Assembly: GCA_030693325.1 (NCBI GenBank)
Contig: JAUYAV010000011.1
Span: 1,368-65,367 of the forward strand
Direction: 5' to 3'
DNA from: a bacterium
GTDB lineage: Bacteria > Patescibacteriota > Minisyncoccia > UBA6257 > MFKM01
Length of the DNA: 64,000 nucleotides
Part shown: positions 41,368 to 51,280 of the stretch, one piece after another
Layout: each line of letters starts with the position of its first letter
Numbering within the stretch: position 1 is the first letter of the stretch
Position numbers and translations under genes: made by a program
Notes under the pieces: generated by a model
The model's database searches: none
The model's input: only the letters and a program-made list of their open reading frames with translations
Told to the model about the DNA's origin: nothing

Positions 41368-41571
41368 TTTTGATATTTTCCAGTTTCTTGCTATAAAACA
41401 AACTCGCCATTTTTTAAATTATCGAGGTTCGACCTCGATAATTTACAGGTCTGATAATCTAACCTTGTAAATATTATAAATCTTTTTCCGTTGTTAGAGT
41501 AGCTATGGCGGTTGCTTATTATTTTGACTTTACCCGCCAAGGCGTTATTATTATTTCATACAACTAAATAT

Positions 41572-41756
41572 GAGACCTAACCCGTAGGGGCAACCTACGG
41601 CAGGGTTATAAAAACCAGTAACGGATAAAAAGCTCCTAGTCAGAGCTCCGTTACTGGTCATATGGGGAAACCCGTATGGGGGTCGCAAGACCTCGCTGGC
41701 TGGGAGCTTTGTGTTTTCATAAAGCTAAAATGTCGAACCCAGCTAGCGTTAGTTTC
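41572..41756 (+). ncRNA. Putative structured RNA or 5' leader of unknown family
   Basis: Five adjacent hairpins with GCAA/GAAA loops, downstream of a TTGACT...TATTAT promoter-like site. Confidence 0.6.
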
Positions 41757-41768
41757 TTTAATAACTTT

Positions 41769-42935
41769 ATGAAAAATAAAATAATTTCTCTATTTCTAAT
41801 ATTTAGCTGTCTTTCGTTTTACTTAGTTTGGCCGGCTAATGCCTTAGCTGGTGTTTCTGATTTTACGGGCTGTCCAGCTTACAACGGCGGTTTGCAAGGA
41901 AGTGATGATTGTTATAAAGGATTGCGGGGCGATGGAGGTTCTTGTGAGTATGGAGTAGGAAGTATAAGGGGCACTGCAAATTTTTCCACGGCCGAACCAA
42001 AACTTCCCTTTCCGGAAGGAACAATTCTAAGGTGTAAAGGCATTTCTCGTACAGGTGGTTGGTCTCGTCATCGGATATACATGGATAGAATCTATCCCTA
42101 TACTAAAAGCAGAATTGCCGGTTTATCCGAAAATGGCTATGAGGTTATTTTAGAGAAAGGCGAAATGAAAAGAAAAAGTTTAGGATTTTATCCGGCAGCA
42201 GATGGAAGATATACGCATTGTACCCAATATACGGGCGGAGAATGCACGGGCGAAATAGTTTATTTAGATGAATATGAAAAAACTCTTTCTTCTGAAGATA
42301 TACCTTATCTGACAAAAGATTGTAATATTTGGGGTAGACTGGGAAAGTGTGTATATTGGGCTTCGGAAAAGAAAAATTTTGAGAATCTTATTACTAAAGA
42401 CGTAATGGAGGTGGTAGACAAAACCGAACGAACTTTTAGTTGGACCGATGAAGACGAAGATTGGTTTTCAACCACGGTCACTTCTCATGTTGACTATAAG
42501 GCCTATCTTTTAACCGCTTACGGTTCTATTTTTAGGTATCACAAATACCAAGAAGAAAGCAAAACTTCCTGGGGAGGATGGGGTTTTGCTATCATAGGAG
42601 CTGTTTTTGGAGCGTTTCTTACTCCTTTTCTTCCGGTTTTGGGAATTTTTGGCTCTTTTTTGGCTTCAGCAATGCCAGTGATAAGCGGCAGTATTTTTGC
42701 CAACCTGACAATGCTTGGGGGATATTTGACTTCGCAGGCCTTGGGGAAAACGACCAATCTTGACGGGGGAGAGCTTACTCTTGTTTATGTGCCGGATTAT
42801 TCTTATTCAACTTCAACAGACTCAACATTGACAATGCCGCCAATAGCGACCTCAACAATAGAGGGGTTTCAAACTCCGGCAGTACAACCGGCCCAGCCAA
42901 CGCCCGATTTCAAAATAAAAGAAATTAAACCGTAA
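41769..42935 (+). CDS. Secreted Cys-rich hypothetical protein with C-terminal hydrophobic Gly-rich segment
   Basis: Signal peptide MKNKIISLF...ANALA; start moved to 41769, after the structured leader. Confidence 0.75.
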   Translation: MKNKIISLFLIFSCLSFYLVWPANALAGVSDFTGCPAYNGGLQGSDDCYKGLRGDGGSCEYGVGSIRGTANFSTAEPKLPFPEGTILRCKGISRTGGWSRHRIYMDRIYPYTKSRIAGLSENGYEVILEKGEMKRKSLGFYPAADGRYTHCTQYTGGECTGEIVYLDEYEKTLSSEDIPYLTKDCNIWGRLGKCVYWASEKKNFENLITKDVMEVVDKTERTFSWTDEDEDWFSTTVTSHVDYKAYLLTAYGSIFRYHKYQEESKTSWGGWGFAIIGAVFGAFLTPFLPVLGIFGSFLASAMPVISGSIFANLTMLGGYLTSQALGKTTNLDGGELTLVYVPDYSYSTSTDSTLTMPPIATSTIEGFQTPAVQPAQPTPDFKIKEIKP

Positions 42936-42986
42936 AACATTAAAAACTAAAGGTCAATAAATATAAAATAAAATTTACTAAATATT

Positions 42987-43292
42987 ATGGAAGATAAATT
43001 TAAATTAGGTAAAAAATGGTTTTGGATAGGAGCGGTTTCGGCTGTTATTTTCCCCTTGATTGGCTTGATTTACGGCATCGCTCTCTTGACCGAAAAAAAT
43101 TTCATTCAAAAAAAAGTCAAAGAGGCCTATCTGATTATTTTTTTGGCCGTAGTTTTGGGCGTCGTTTACGCTTTAATCGGCTCATCTCTTGTTTCCAAGG
43201 GCTATCAATTTTCTCCTACCGGAGAATTACAAAGTATTCCCATGAAAACCACAGGCGGCCCGAAAACAGGAGATGTTTTGCAGCAAAAATAA
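42987..43292 (+). CDS. Small two-TM membrane protein
   Basis: Two hydrophobic helices. Confidence 0.7.
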   Translation: MEDKFKLGKKWFWIGAVSAVIFPLIGLIYGIALLTEKNFIQKKVKEAYLIIFLAVVLGVVYALIGSSLVSKGYQFSPTGELQSIPMKTTGGPKTGDVLQQK

Positions 43293-43331
43293 AAAGCCCC
43301 GGCTTAGTCAGGACTTTTTATTTTCTTGTTG

Positions 43332-43476
43332 AGGACTTACGCCGTTGCCTTGAAGAATATCCCGCAGGCGCTGAAAGCTTGGTTTCGCCGCAGGCGAATT
43401 TCAGTGCCGAGGGAAAAGAAATCCCGACCGCTGGAGTCGGAATATTCTGGTTCTGAAAGGCAATGGCGGAAGTCCT
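43332..43476 (+). mobile_element. ~140-bp structured repeat element, divergent copy
   Basis: Different outer arms (aggacttacgccgttgcctt/aaggcaatggcggaagtcct), same core motifs. Confidence 0.8.
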
Positions 43477-43577
43477 GTTATCCGAACAAATTTTTTGAGC
43501 TAATGAATTGCGCCGAATATTTATAGAAAATTAACCGGTTCGTCTTAATCAAGATTTCATGTTAAAATATTCATAAC

Positions 43578-44879
43578 ATGGACCAACATTCAAATTTTCA
43601 CAATCTCGGCATTGCGCCGAATATTTTAGAGGCGCTTAATCGCCTTCACTTTATAACCCCCACGCCTATCCAGGTGAAGTCAATTCCTCCGGCGATTGAC
43701 GGGAAAGACCTCGTGGGCGTCGCGCAAACAGGAACAGGGAAAACCCTGGCTTTCGGTGTGCCTATGCTTCAGATGGCTCTTTGCGGTAAACAGGGGCTCG
43801 TTATCCTGCCGACCCGGGAGCTTGCTTTTCAGGTACATGATGTTCTTCGTAAAATTGGAGCGGCGTTCGGAATACGAACCGCGGTTTTAATCGGCGGAGA
43901 ATCAATCAGGGGCCAAATCCAAACGCTTCAAAAAAGACCGCACATTATTATCGGAACGCCTGGAAGAATTATTGACCATTTGGAACAAAAAACGCTTTCT
44001 TTGAAATCAGTGGAGGTTCTTGTGCTTGATGAAGCCGACCGGATGCTTGATATGGGCTTCGCTCCGCAACTGAAACGAATACTAAGCGTTCTTCCTCGCG
44101 AACGACAGACAATGCTTTTCTCGGCAACGATGCCCGAGGATATTGTTTTAATGGCAAGGGCCTATATGAAATTACCCCTTAGAGTTGAAATCGCCCCGTC
44201 CGGCACCACGGTTAAAGAAGTGACACAAGAACTTTTCTTTGTTGAAAAGCACGACAAGTCACGACTTTTAGAAAAACTTCTTTATGAATATCGGGGATCA
44301 ATTTTAGTATTTTCACGGACAAAATATGGCGCTAAACGTATTGCGCTAAACGTCCGAACGATGGGCCATACGGCGGCCGAAATTCACTCAAACCGTTCTC
44401 TTACCCAGCGCCGGGAAGCGCTTGAAGGTTTCAGAAACGGAAAATACCGCGTGCTTGTCGCAACTGATATTGCCGCCCGAGGCATTGATGTGAAGGGAAT
44501 TGAAGTTGTTTTAAATTACGATCTCCCGGAGAAACCAGAGGACTATATTCATCGCATTGGCCGCACCGCCCGGGCAGGCGGCGCAGGGCATGCGATTTCT
44601 TTCGCAACACCGGACCAGAAAGGCGACGTAAGAGGAATTGAGCGTCTTATCCGGGCAACGCTTCCGCTCTCAAAACTTCCCGAGCTTCCTCCGGCGCGTA
44701 AAAGCGAGCAAACAGCCGAAGATCGCGAGCCTCGTTTTGGTTACAGCCGCCGGCCTCAATCCAGCTCTCGCTTCAGCCCCGCTAAGCGGGACTTCGGACA
44801 TTCTTCGCGCCCGAGTTCTCGTTCCGGATCTTTTCGGCCAAAGCGATCCTCAAATAATAATGGGGGATATTTCCGATAA
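43578..44879 (+). CDS. DEAD-box RNA helicase (RhlE-like)
   Basis: AQTGTGKT, PTREL, DEAD, SAT, HRIGRTAR. Confidence 0.95.
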   Translation: MDQHSNFHNLGIAPNILEALNRLHFITPTPIQVKSIPPAIDGKDLVGVAQTGTGKTLAFGVPMLQMALCGKQGLVILPTRELAFQVHDVLRKIGAAFGIRTAVLIGGESIRGQIQTLQKRPHIIIGTPGRIIDHLEQKTLSLKSVEVLVLDEADRMLDMGFAPQLKRILSVLPRERQTMLFSATMPEDIVLMARAYMKLPLRVEIAPSGTTVKEVTQELFFVEKHDKSRLLEKLLYEYRGSILVFSRTKYGAKRIALNVRTMGHTAAEIHSNRSLTQRREALEGFRNGKYRVLVATDIAARGIDVKGIEVVLNYDLPEKPEDYIHRIGRTARAGGAGHAISFATPDQKGDVRGIERLIRATLPLSKLPELPPARKSEQTAEDREPRFGYSRRPQSSSRFSPAKRDFGHSSRPSSRSGSFRPKRSSNNNGGYFR

Positions 44880-44969
44880 TGATTTTTTAATAAAAGATTG
44901 ACTTTATCGGTCTTTTAGGTTATTATTTATCTATAACGCCGCTTGCAATGCGGCACTTAATTTTTATCT

Positions 44970-46772
44970 ATGAATTCAATCAGAAACATCAGTATCATCG
45001 CTCACGTTGACCATGGCAAGTCCACTTTAGTTGACGCACTCTTGAAACAATCTGAGACTAATCTGGGTAAGCTCGTTAATGACGAGCTTATTATGGATTC
45101 AAACGAACTGGAGCGGGAACGCGGCATTACTATTTTTTCCAAAAACGCCGCGGTGATTTACCGGGAAACAAAAATTAATATTATTGATACGCCCGGCCAC
45201 GCCGATTTCGGCGGGGAAGTTGAGCGTGTCTTAAATATGGCGGACGGCTCGCTTCTGCTTGTTGACGCCCAGGAAGGGCCGATGCCCCAAACCCGTTTTG
45301 TGCTGAAAAAAGCGCTTGATGCTAAACATAAAATTATCGTAGTTATAAATAAAATTGACAAACCGAATGCCCGCGTAAATCACGTCCTTGAAAAAATAAT
45401 TGAGCTTTTCATGGAGCTTGGCGCGACAAACGAACAATTAAATTTTCCCATCATTTACGCGGCGGGCAGATTAGGAATGGCGGGCACATCGTCCGATCTC
45501 TCCGCTATGGAAAATATTGTACCTCTCTATGAAGCCATCCTTAAATATATTCCTGCTCCGAAAGGCGTGAGTGACGCGCCATTTCAAATGATTGTGGTCT
45601 CAATCCAGTATGATAATTTCCAGGGGAAAATCGCGGTGGGCCGGATTGAACGCGGCGTAGCGACAAACGGAATGCAAATCGCGCACATCCGAAGTAACGG
45701 AACAATAAAAAATTTCAAAATTACGGAGCTTATGACTTTTTTGGGGCTAAAACGCGTGCCGGTTCCTTCTGTGCAAACAGGGGATATTATAGCGCTTGCG
45801 GGAATACCGGAAGTGAATATCGGCGACACTTTGGCGGACGCGGAGCATCCCGAGGCCTTGCCATTAATTACCATTGAAAAACCGACAGTTAAAATGATTT
45901 TCTCGGTCAATAATTCTCCTTTCTCCGGCAAAGAAGGGGAATACTGCACCTCGCGCAATCTCCGCGAACGGCTTTTTAAAGAACTTGATAACGATGTGGC
46001 GCTTCGTGTAGAAGAAAGCGACTCATCCGATAGATTTTTAGTAAGCGGGCGCGGCGAACTGCACCTCGGGATCCTCATTGAGAAGATGCGGCGCGATGGT
46101 TATGAATTTCAGGTTTCAAGACCGGAAGTTATTTTTAAAGAAGAAAACGGCGTAATCTCGGAACCGGCGGAAGATGTTTGGATTGAAGTGCCAGAAAAAC
46201 ATTACGGCCTCATTCTCCAAAAAATGAGCGAACGGAAAGGCGAATTAAGAAATGTGAGTATTGAAAACGGCACGGTTTCATTTCATTTTTTTATTCCCAC
46301 CCGCGGTCTCATCGGCTTCCGAAATGAATTTATGATAGAAACCCGAGGTACCGGCATTATCAATTCGCTTTTCTCGGGTTATTTCCCGAAATTTGATTCT
46401 GTCCCGGGGAATCCCCACGGTTCACTTGTTGTTCACGAAGCAGGCGTGACCACCGCCTACGCGCTTTTGCGCGCCCAGGAAAGGGGAGTGATGTTTGTCG
46501 GGCCGGGTGAAAAAGTTTATGAAGGCCAAGTAGTGGGGCAAAACGCCAAGACGGAGGACATTTCGGTGAATGTCTGCCGGCAAAAACAGCTTACCAACTT
46601 CCGGGCAAAAACCGACGCGGTGACTGACGACTTAATCCCGCCGCGCGTTCTTTCATTGGAACAAGCGCTTGAGTACATCGGCGATGACGAGCTTTTAGAA
46701 GTAACGCCCAAAAGCATCAGAATCAGAAAATTATTCTTAACCGAAATTGAAAGAAAAAGACATAATAGATAA
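44970..46772 (+). CDS. typA: Translational GTPase TypA/BipA
   Basis: AHVDHGKST, DTPGHADFGGEVER, GRGELHL, EVTPKSIRIRK. Confidence 0.96.
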   Translation: MNSIRNISIIAHVDHGKSTLVDALLKQSETNLGKLVNDELIMDSNELERERGITIFSKNAAVIYRETKINIIDTPGHADFGGEVERVLNMADGSLLLVDAQEGPMPQTRFVLKKALDAKHKIIVVINKIDKPNARVNHVLEKIIELFMELGATNEQLNFPIIYAAGRLGMAGTSSDLSAMENIVPLYEAILKYIPAPKGVSDAPFQMIVVSIQYDNFQGKIAVGRIERGVATNGMQIAHIRSNGTIKNFKITELMTFLGLKRVPVPSVQTGDIIALAGIPEVNIGDTLADAEHPEALPLITIEKPTVKMIFSVNNSPFSGKEGEYCTSRNLRERLFKELDNDVALRVEESDSSDRFLVSGRGELHLGILIEKMRRDGYEFQVSRPEVIFKEENGVISEPAEDVWIEVPEKHYGLILQKMSERKGELRNVSIENGTVSFHFFIPTRGLIGFRNEFMIETRGTGIINSLFSGYFPKFDSVPGNPHGSLVVHEAGVTTAYALLRAQERGVMFVGPGEKVYEGQVVGQNAKTEDISVNVCRQKQLTNFRAKTDAVTDDLIPPRVLSLEQALEYIGDDELLEVTPKSIRIRKLFLTEIERKRHNR

Positions 46773-46786
46773 ATAATTTTATATAA

Positions 46787-47749
46787 CTATTTTTCCGATT
46801 TTATTTTATTCAGAATCTCTTTCACTTTTTCCAAACTGTCCCAATCATAAACGGAAATCGGGAGAACATTTTTGTTAATTTTTTTCAGGGCGGTGATTTT
46901 CTTTTTTATTTCTTTTGCCGGCATTGTGTCGCTTTTGCTCAAAAATACATATTCAATTTTCTTTATCAGCTCTTTACTGTATGTTTTGAGCTCATTTTTG
47001 ATTATTTTGTAATCTTTCACGGGATTTTCCGATTCCGCGGAAATTAAATGAAAAAGAATTTTTGTGCGTTCAATGTGGCGGAGAAATTTTATGCCCAAAC
47101 CTTTGCCGCCTGACGCGCCTTCAATAAGCCCTGGAATATCCGCGAGAATAAGTTCATAATATACTCCAAGATTCGGCTCTAATGTAGTAAAGGGATAATT
47201 CGCGACTTTGCTGTTTGCTTTTGTAAGTTCGTTTATCAAACTGGATTTTCCCGCGTTCGGCAATCCTATGAGACCCACGTCAGCTATGAGTTTGAGTTCT
47301 AATCTTAGAGTGAACTGCTCGCCGGGTATTCCTTCTAGAAATTGCTTCGGAGTGGTATTTTTGGGAGAACGAAACTTAAAATTTCCTTTTCCGCCGTGGC
47401 CGCCTTTTGCGATGAAAATTCTCTCGCCGATTTTTAATACTTCTTCGGTTTTCCCCGTCTCAATTTTTTGGATTATCGTTCCCACGGGAACTTTTAAAAC
47501 AATATCGCTTCCGTCAGGGCCGTCTCTGAATTGCCCTTGCCCGTTTGAGCCATCTATGGCCTTAATATTTTTTTTGTATCTGAACTGGCTCAAGGCATTT
47601 AAGTCGGAAACGCCTTCAAAATAAATACTGCCGCCGCGACCGCCGCTTCCGCCAACTGGGCCCAAACTCATCATATTTTTGTTGAAAGCCACGGCGCCTC
47701 TGCCACCGTTACCGGCTTCAACTTTAATTGTTACGTCGTCAATTAACAT
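46787..47749 (-). CDS. obgE: GTPase ObgE
   Basis: Gly-rich Obg domain, PNAGKSS, YPFTTL, DIPG. Confidence 0.95.
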   Translation of the reverse strand: MLIDDVTIKVEAGNGGRGAVAFNKNMMSLGPVGGSGGRGGSIYFEGVSDLNALSQFRYKKNIKAIDGSNGQGQFRDGPDGSDIVLKVPVGTIIQKIETGKTEEVLKIGERIFIAKGGHGGKGNFKFRSPKNTTPKQFLEGIPGEQFTLRLELKLIADVGLIGLPNAGKSSLINELTKANSKVANYPFTTLEPNLGVYYELILADIPGLIEGASGGKGLGIKFLRHIERTKILFHLISAESENPVKDYKIIKNELKTYSKELIKKIEYVFLSKSDTMPAKEIKKKITALKKINKNVLPISVYDWDSLEKVKEILNKIKSEK

Positions 47750-47813
47750 AAAAACAGTATAAGCGTTCTTCGGAGGTTATCCTAACGGCCAAACTAGCCG
47801 CGTCTTGGTATTT

Positions 47814-48710
47814 TTAACCGATACGCTGGATTATCTCTTTTATGCTTTTAACTAAACCGTTCTCAAAATTTACCTTAGGTTCCCAGCCGAGATGTTTTTT
47901 TGCCTTGGTATAACTGCCCCAAAAGCCGGAAACATCGTAAGAACGCTCCGGAATATTAACTATTTTTGAGCGACTTTCCGTGATTTTTATTATGAGTTTT
48001 GCAAGATCATAGAGCGAGATAGGATTGTTGGCGCTTAGAGTGAAGTCATCGCAAAAGCCATTCGGCTTATTTTTAACATACCCGATAGTTTTATTCACTC
48101 CATTAATTACGTCATCAATATAAACAAAATCAAACATCTTCTTCTTGCCGTTGCCCTCAAGAGTTATCGGCTTATTCTTCAAGGCGAGAATTATGAAACG
48201 GGGGATAACCCGGTCCAGAATATCGTCGGCTCCGGTATAAACCCCGCAAAAGCGCAGAATGAGCGCGCGCAAGCCGTAATTACGGGCGTACTGTTGCATT
48301 AGATCTTCGCCGGCAACCTTGGAAACGGCGTAGGCGTTCAAAGGCAGACGCAAACTTTTTTCGGTTACTGGAAATTTGGTATGACCGCCATAAACCTCTC
48401 GGCTTGATGAAAATACCACCCATGCCTTCGGATTTTTCTTTCTTACCGCTTCAAGAACGTTTGCCGTCCCGCCGATATTCGTCGTAAGGCAAGTATGCGG
48501 ATCTATGAACGCAACCTTCGGCCGCGATATGGCCGCAAGATGAATAACTCCGGAAACGCCCCTGACCGCTCTCTCTAATCGCGCTAAGTCGCGAACGTCA
48601 TCTTTGGGATTATTTTTTATGTCGTAATTAATAAATGAATAAATATGGCCGAGCTTGCGCCTAAGGCAAGTGCCAACATATCCCGAACCGCCTGTAAGTA
48701 ATATTTTCAT
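47814..48710 (-). CDS. NAD-dependent epimerase/dehydratase
   Basis: TGGSGYVG, SSREVYG, YAVSK. Confidence 0.9.
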   Translation of the reverse strand: MKILLTGGSGYVGTCLRRKLGHIYSFINYDIKNNPKDDVRDLARLERAVRGVSGVIHLAAISRPKVAFIDPHTCLTTNIGGTANVLEAVRKKNPKAWVVFSSSREVYGGHTKFPVTEKSLRLPLNAYAVSKVAGEDLMQQYARNYGLRALILRFCGVYTGADDILDRVIPRFIILALKNKPITLEGNGKKKMFDFVYIDDVINGVNKTIGYVKNKPNGFCDDFTLSANNPISLYDLAKLIIKITESRSKIVNIPERSYDVSGFWGSYTKAKKHLGWEPKVNFENGLVKSIKEIIQRIG

Positions 48711-48718
48711 AAATTTAG

Positions 48719-48789
48719 CTGCGGGGCTAGGAATCGGACCTAGATTCCATGGTTCAGAGCCATGTTGCCTACCATTAGCAGACCCCGCA
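48719..48789 (-). tRNA. tRNA-Gln(CTG)
   Basis: Cloverleaf; catgg-ctCTGaa-ccatg. Confidence 0.92.
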
Positions 48790-48796
48790 ATTACAT

Positions 48797-49495
48797 TTAA
48801 TATACTCTAAATTTAATCAATTTTCTAAATTTTTCAACCTCTAATTTTTTACGAAGTCTAGTTGAAGTTTTTCTAATCTCGGGATTATAACCAAGTAATT
48901 TTAACCCATTCTCAACATTTTTTAATAAACTTTGGTTTTTATTGGAAAATTGAAAGTTATAAGTACATGTCGGTTTATGAACCGATAAAGAACCCTCCGC
49001 TTCAAATAACCCTCTTAAATATCTGATTAAATAACTTTGGTTTTTTAAAATCCAATTAGGAGTTTTTATGTTTAAACGACCTCTATCGCCTGAAGGGATA
49101 CCTAATCTTTTTGAAATTTCTTTTTGATAAAGACCGATTCTTATATTGTTTTTATTGTAAACCTTGCTAACTGTTGGTTTCTTATTAAATATTTGTTTAG
49201 TTAATTTAGTATAACGATTAACAAAACCTAAATTATTAGAGTTTGCTGAAATTATAATTCTTTCTGTTCGTGGAAATTTACTAATATTGCCGTCGCCAAG
49301 AACAACTCCAATATATTCCGCTAAATTACCAGACAAGGAAAGGGGAGGATAATTTTGAGGAATTTTTCCAATTCTTCGCATTCTTTCCCGCCATTCCTTA
49401 AAATTATCAATTTTTTTCCGCTTCATTGTCCTAGCTGTCCTCAATACAGAGGGATGTGTATCTTTAGTGAATCCTTTATTCCAACTTGACTTCAT
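48797..49495 (-). CDS. Free-standing two-motif LAGLIDADG endonuclease-like protein
   Basis: LAEYIGVVLGDG and YLRGLFEAEGS motifs; N-terminal WNKG NUMOD-like motif; AT-richer than neighbours. Confidence 0.85.
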   Translation of the reverse strand: MKSSWNKGFTKDTHPSVLRTARTMKRKKIDNFKEWRERMRRIGKIPQNYPPLSLSGNLAEYIGVVLGDGNISKFPRTERIIISANSNNLGFVNRYTKLTKQIFNKKPTVSKVYNKNNIRIGLYQKEISKRLGIPSGDRGRLNIKTPNWILKNQSYLIRYLRGLFEAEGSLSVHKPTCTYNFQFSNKNQSLLKNVENGLKLLGYNPEIRKTSTRLRKKLEVEKFRKLIKFRVY

Positions 49496-49530
49496 TACGT
49501 AGTAATTTTACCATAAAAAGTATAAAATTA

Positions 49531-49551
49531 CTACCATTAGACGACTAGGCA
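49531..49551 (-). pseudogene. 5' fragment of a tRNA-Gln-like gene
   Basis: tgcctag-tc-gtc-taatggtag = acceptor 5' strand plus D-arm; shares ctaatggtag with the intact tRNA-Gln. Confidence 0.6.
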
Positions 49552-49629
49552 ATATCTATTAATCTAGCATAATACTGCCAAAATCTCCTTAGCTTCGCAA
49601 ATCTAAAAACTAAGTCCAATCGATTGGAC

Positions 49630-50490
49630 TTAGGGTATTATTTGAGGTTTTCCGCCTTCAAATTGGATTTTAGTCAATTTCAATTTTCCGTCAACCAATT
49701 CGGCCTCCAAAAGTTTTACCCGTTTTTTGTTTTGTATGGAACTATTCGCGCGAATTAGAGAAGATAACTCTTCCGGAATTAAAATAGTCCAAACTCCCGG
49801 CTCCGGATTAAGAGCGCAGATTTTTCTTTCAATAATTATAGGATCATCCTTTTCTAAATCAACATAGCCATCTTCGGTTTTGAATTTTTTCGTGTAAGTA
49901 GCCTGGCTTTCGTCTTGCGGAAGGGGAGTGATTTCGCTTTTTAAAAACTTCGGCAGGGTTTCAATCAGTAAATATCCAGCCAACTCCGCCAGTAATTGCT
50001 GTAATTTTGAAAATTGAAAATTAGAAATTGAAAATTCCAATTTTCGCTGGGCGAAAATTGGGCCATGGTCTACTTTCTCATCCACCAAAAACAAAGTGAC
50101 GCCGGTTTCGGATTCTCCGCTAAGAATAGCCGATTGAATAGGGGAGGAACCGCGGTATTTCGGCAAAAGCGAAGGGTGAACGCCGATAGTTCCCAGCCGC
50201 GACATTTCTAAAATTTCTTTGGGAATAATTTGGGCGTAAGCGGCGACGACAGCAAAATCTATTTCGCCAATTTCTAATTGGAAATTTCTAATTTCTAATT
50301 TTTCCGGCTGATAAACTTTAATCTCATATTTTTCGGCCAGAACTTTAGTCGGCGGGGGAGTGATGATTTTTTTCCTGCCAACCGGCCTATCGTGGTTGCA
50401 AACAACCGCCGCCGGCGGAAAACCGGATTTAATCAATTTTTCCAAAATAACAGCCGCAAAATCAGGCGTGCCGAAAAATGCGTATTTCAT
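49630..50490 (-). CDS. fmt: Methionyl-tRNA formyltransferase
   Basis: FFGTPDFA, HPSLLPKYRG, DHGPI. Confidence 0.94.
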   Translation of the reverse strand: MKYAFFGTPDFAAVILEKLIKSGFPPAAVVCNHDRPVGRKKIITPPPTKVLAEKYEIKVYQPEKLEIRNFQLEIGEIDFAVVAAYAQIIPKEILEMSRLGTIGVHPSLLPKYRGSSPIQSAILSGESETGVTLFLVDEKVDHGPIFAQRKLEFSISNFQFSKLQQLLAELAGYLLIETLPKFLKSEITPLPQDESQATYTKKFKTEDGYVDLEKDDPIIIERKICALNPEPGVWTILIPEELSSLIRANSSIQNKKRVKLLEAELVDGKLKLTKIQFEGGKPQIIP

Positions 50491-50492
50491 AA

Positions 50493-50999
50493 TTATATTT
50501 TTGCCGTTTCCTCTAGGGCTTCTTTGAAAAGTTTATTAGTCCTGTCAACAAAAAGAATCCCGTTCAAGTGATCTATTTCGTGCTGAAATACCCGTGCCGG
50601 CAATGCCCAGGCCTTAATCTTTATTTTCTTTCCGTTTTTATCAAAACCCGCCAGCGTTATCTGTTCCGGCCTTTCCACTAAACCCCAAATCCCCGGCACG
50701 CTAAGACAACCCTCTTCAAGCTCAATCTTTTCTTTTGAAACCTTAACAATGCCGGGATTGAAAATAGCATAAAATTTCGGCTTGCCTTTATCGCTTGGGA
50801 TTTCCGCGATAAAAAGCCGCCAGTCAAAGCCGAGCTGATTAGCGCTCAAGCCGATGCCTTTTACTTTTTTTATCGCCGCTCGCATTTTTTTGATTATTTC
50901 TTTAATTTCTGCCTTTTTATGTTTGGCGAAATCAAAATCAGGCGTTTTTCGCCGTAAAAATTTTTCTTCTTTTTTATTGTTGACAGTTAAAATATTCAT
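50493..50999 (-). CDS. def: Peptide deformylase
   Basis: GIGLSANQ, EGCLS, QHEIDH. Confidence 0.96.
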   Translation of the reverse strand: MNILTVNNKKEEKFLRRKTPDFDFAKHKKAEIKEIIKKMRAAIKKVKGIGLSANQLGFDWRLFIAEIPSDKGKPKFYAIFNPGIVKVSKEKIELEEGCLSVPGIWGLVERPEQITLAGFDKNGKKIKIKAWALPARVFQHEIDHLNGILFVDRTNKLFKEALEETAKI

Positions 51000-51001
51000 T
51001 A

Positions 51002-51277
51002 TTATTTTTTGCTATTTTTTATTTCTTGATAAAAAACCTTCATAAAATAAGCGCCTTTATTTTCTATATTTTTTCTTTCGGCGACACTCTTGGCTGTGGT
51101 AATTAATTTATGCTCGTCATGTTTTTTAGCCATTTTAATATAAAGCGATTTATGTTTTTCATCGCCGAGTATTTGAGCGATTGTTAAACCGGTAAACTGA
51201 AATTTTTCATAAACCCGGCTGGTTTTTTTCCGTTCTTTGATGATATTCAGATAATCTTTGTCTATATTTATGGACAT
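51002..51277 (-). CDS. Hypothetical protein
   Basis: ORF packed with def (2-nt gap). Confidence 0.7.
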   Translation of the reverse strand: MSINIDKDYLNIIKERKKTSRVYEKFQFTGLTIAQILGDEKHKSLYIKMAKKHDEHKLITTAKSVAERKNIENKGAYFMKVFYQEIKNSKK

Positions 51278-51280
51278 TTT

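Noticed and set aside
41676-41768. 31-aa N-terminal extension of the secreted protein
   Set aside because: Lies in the structured RNA; a good signal peptide begins at 41769.
46700-46800. Replication terminus at the switch from plus- to minus-strand genes
   Set aside because: The bias is incomplete and GC skew could not be computed.
48719-49551. tRNA intron containing the LAGLIDADG gene
   Set aside because: The 5' fragment's acceptor strand does not pair with the downstream 3' strand, the downstream tRNA is already complete, and no group I core is visible.
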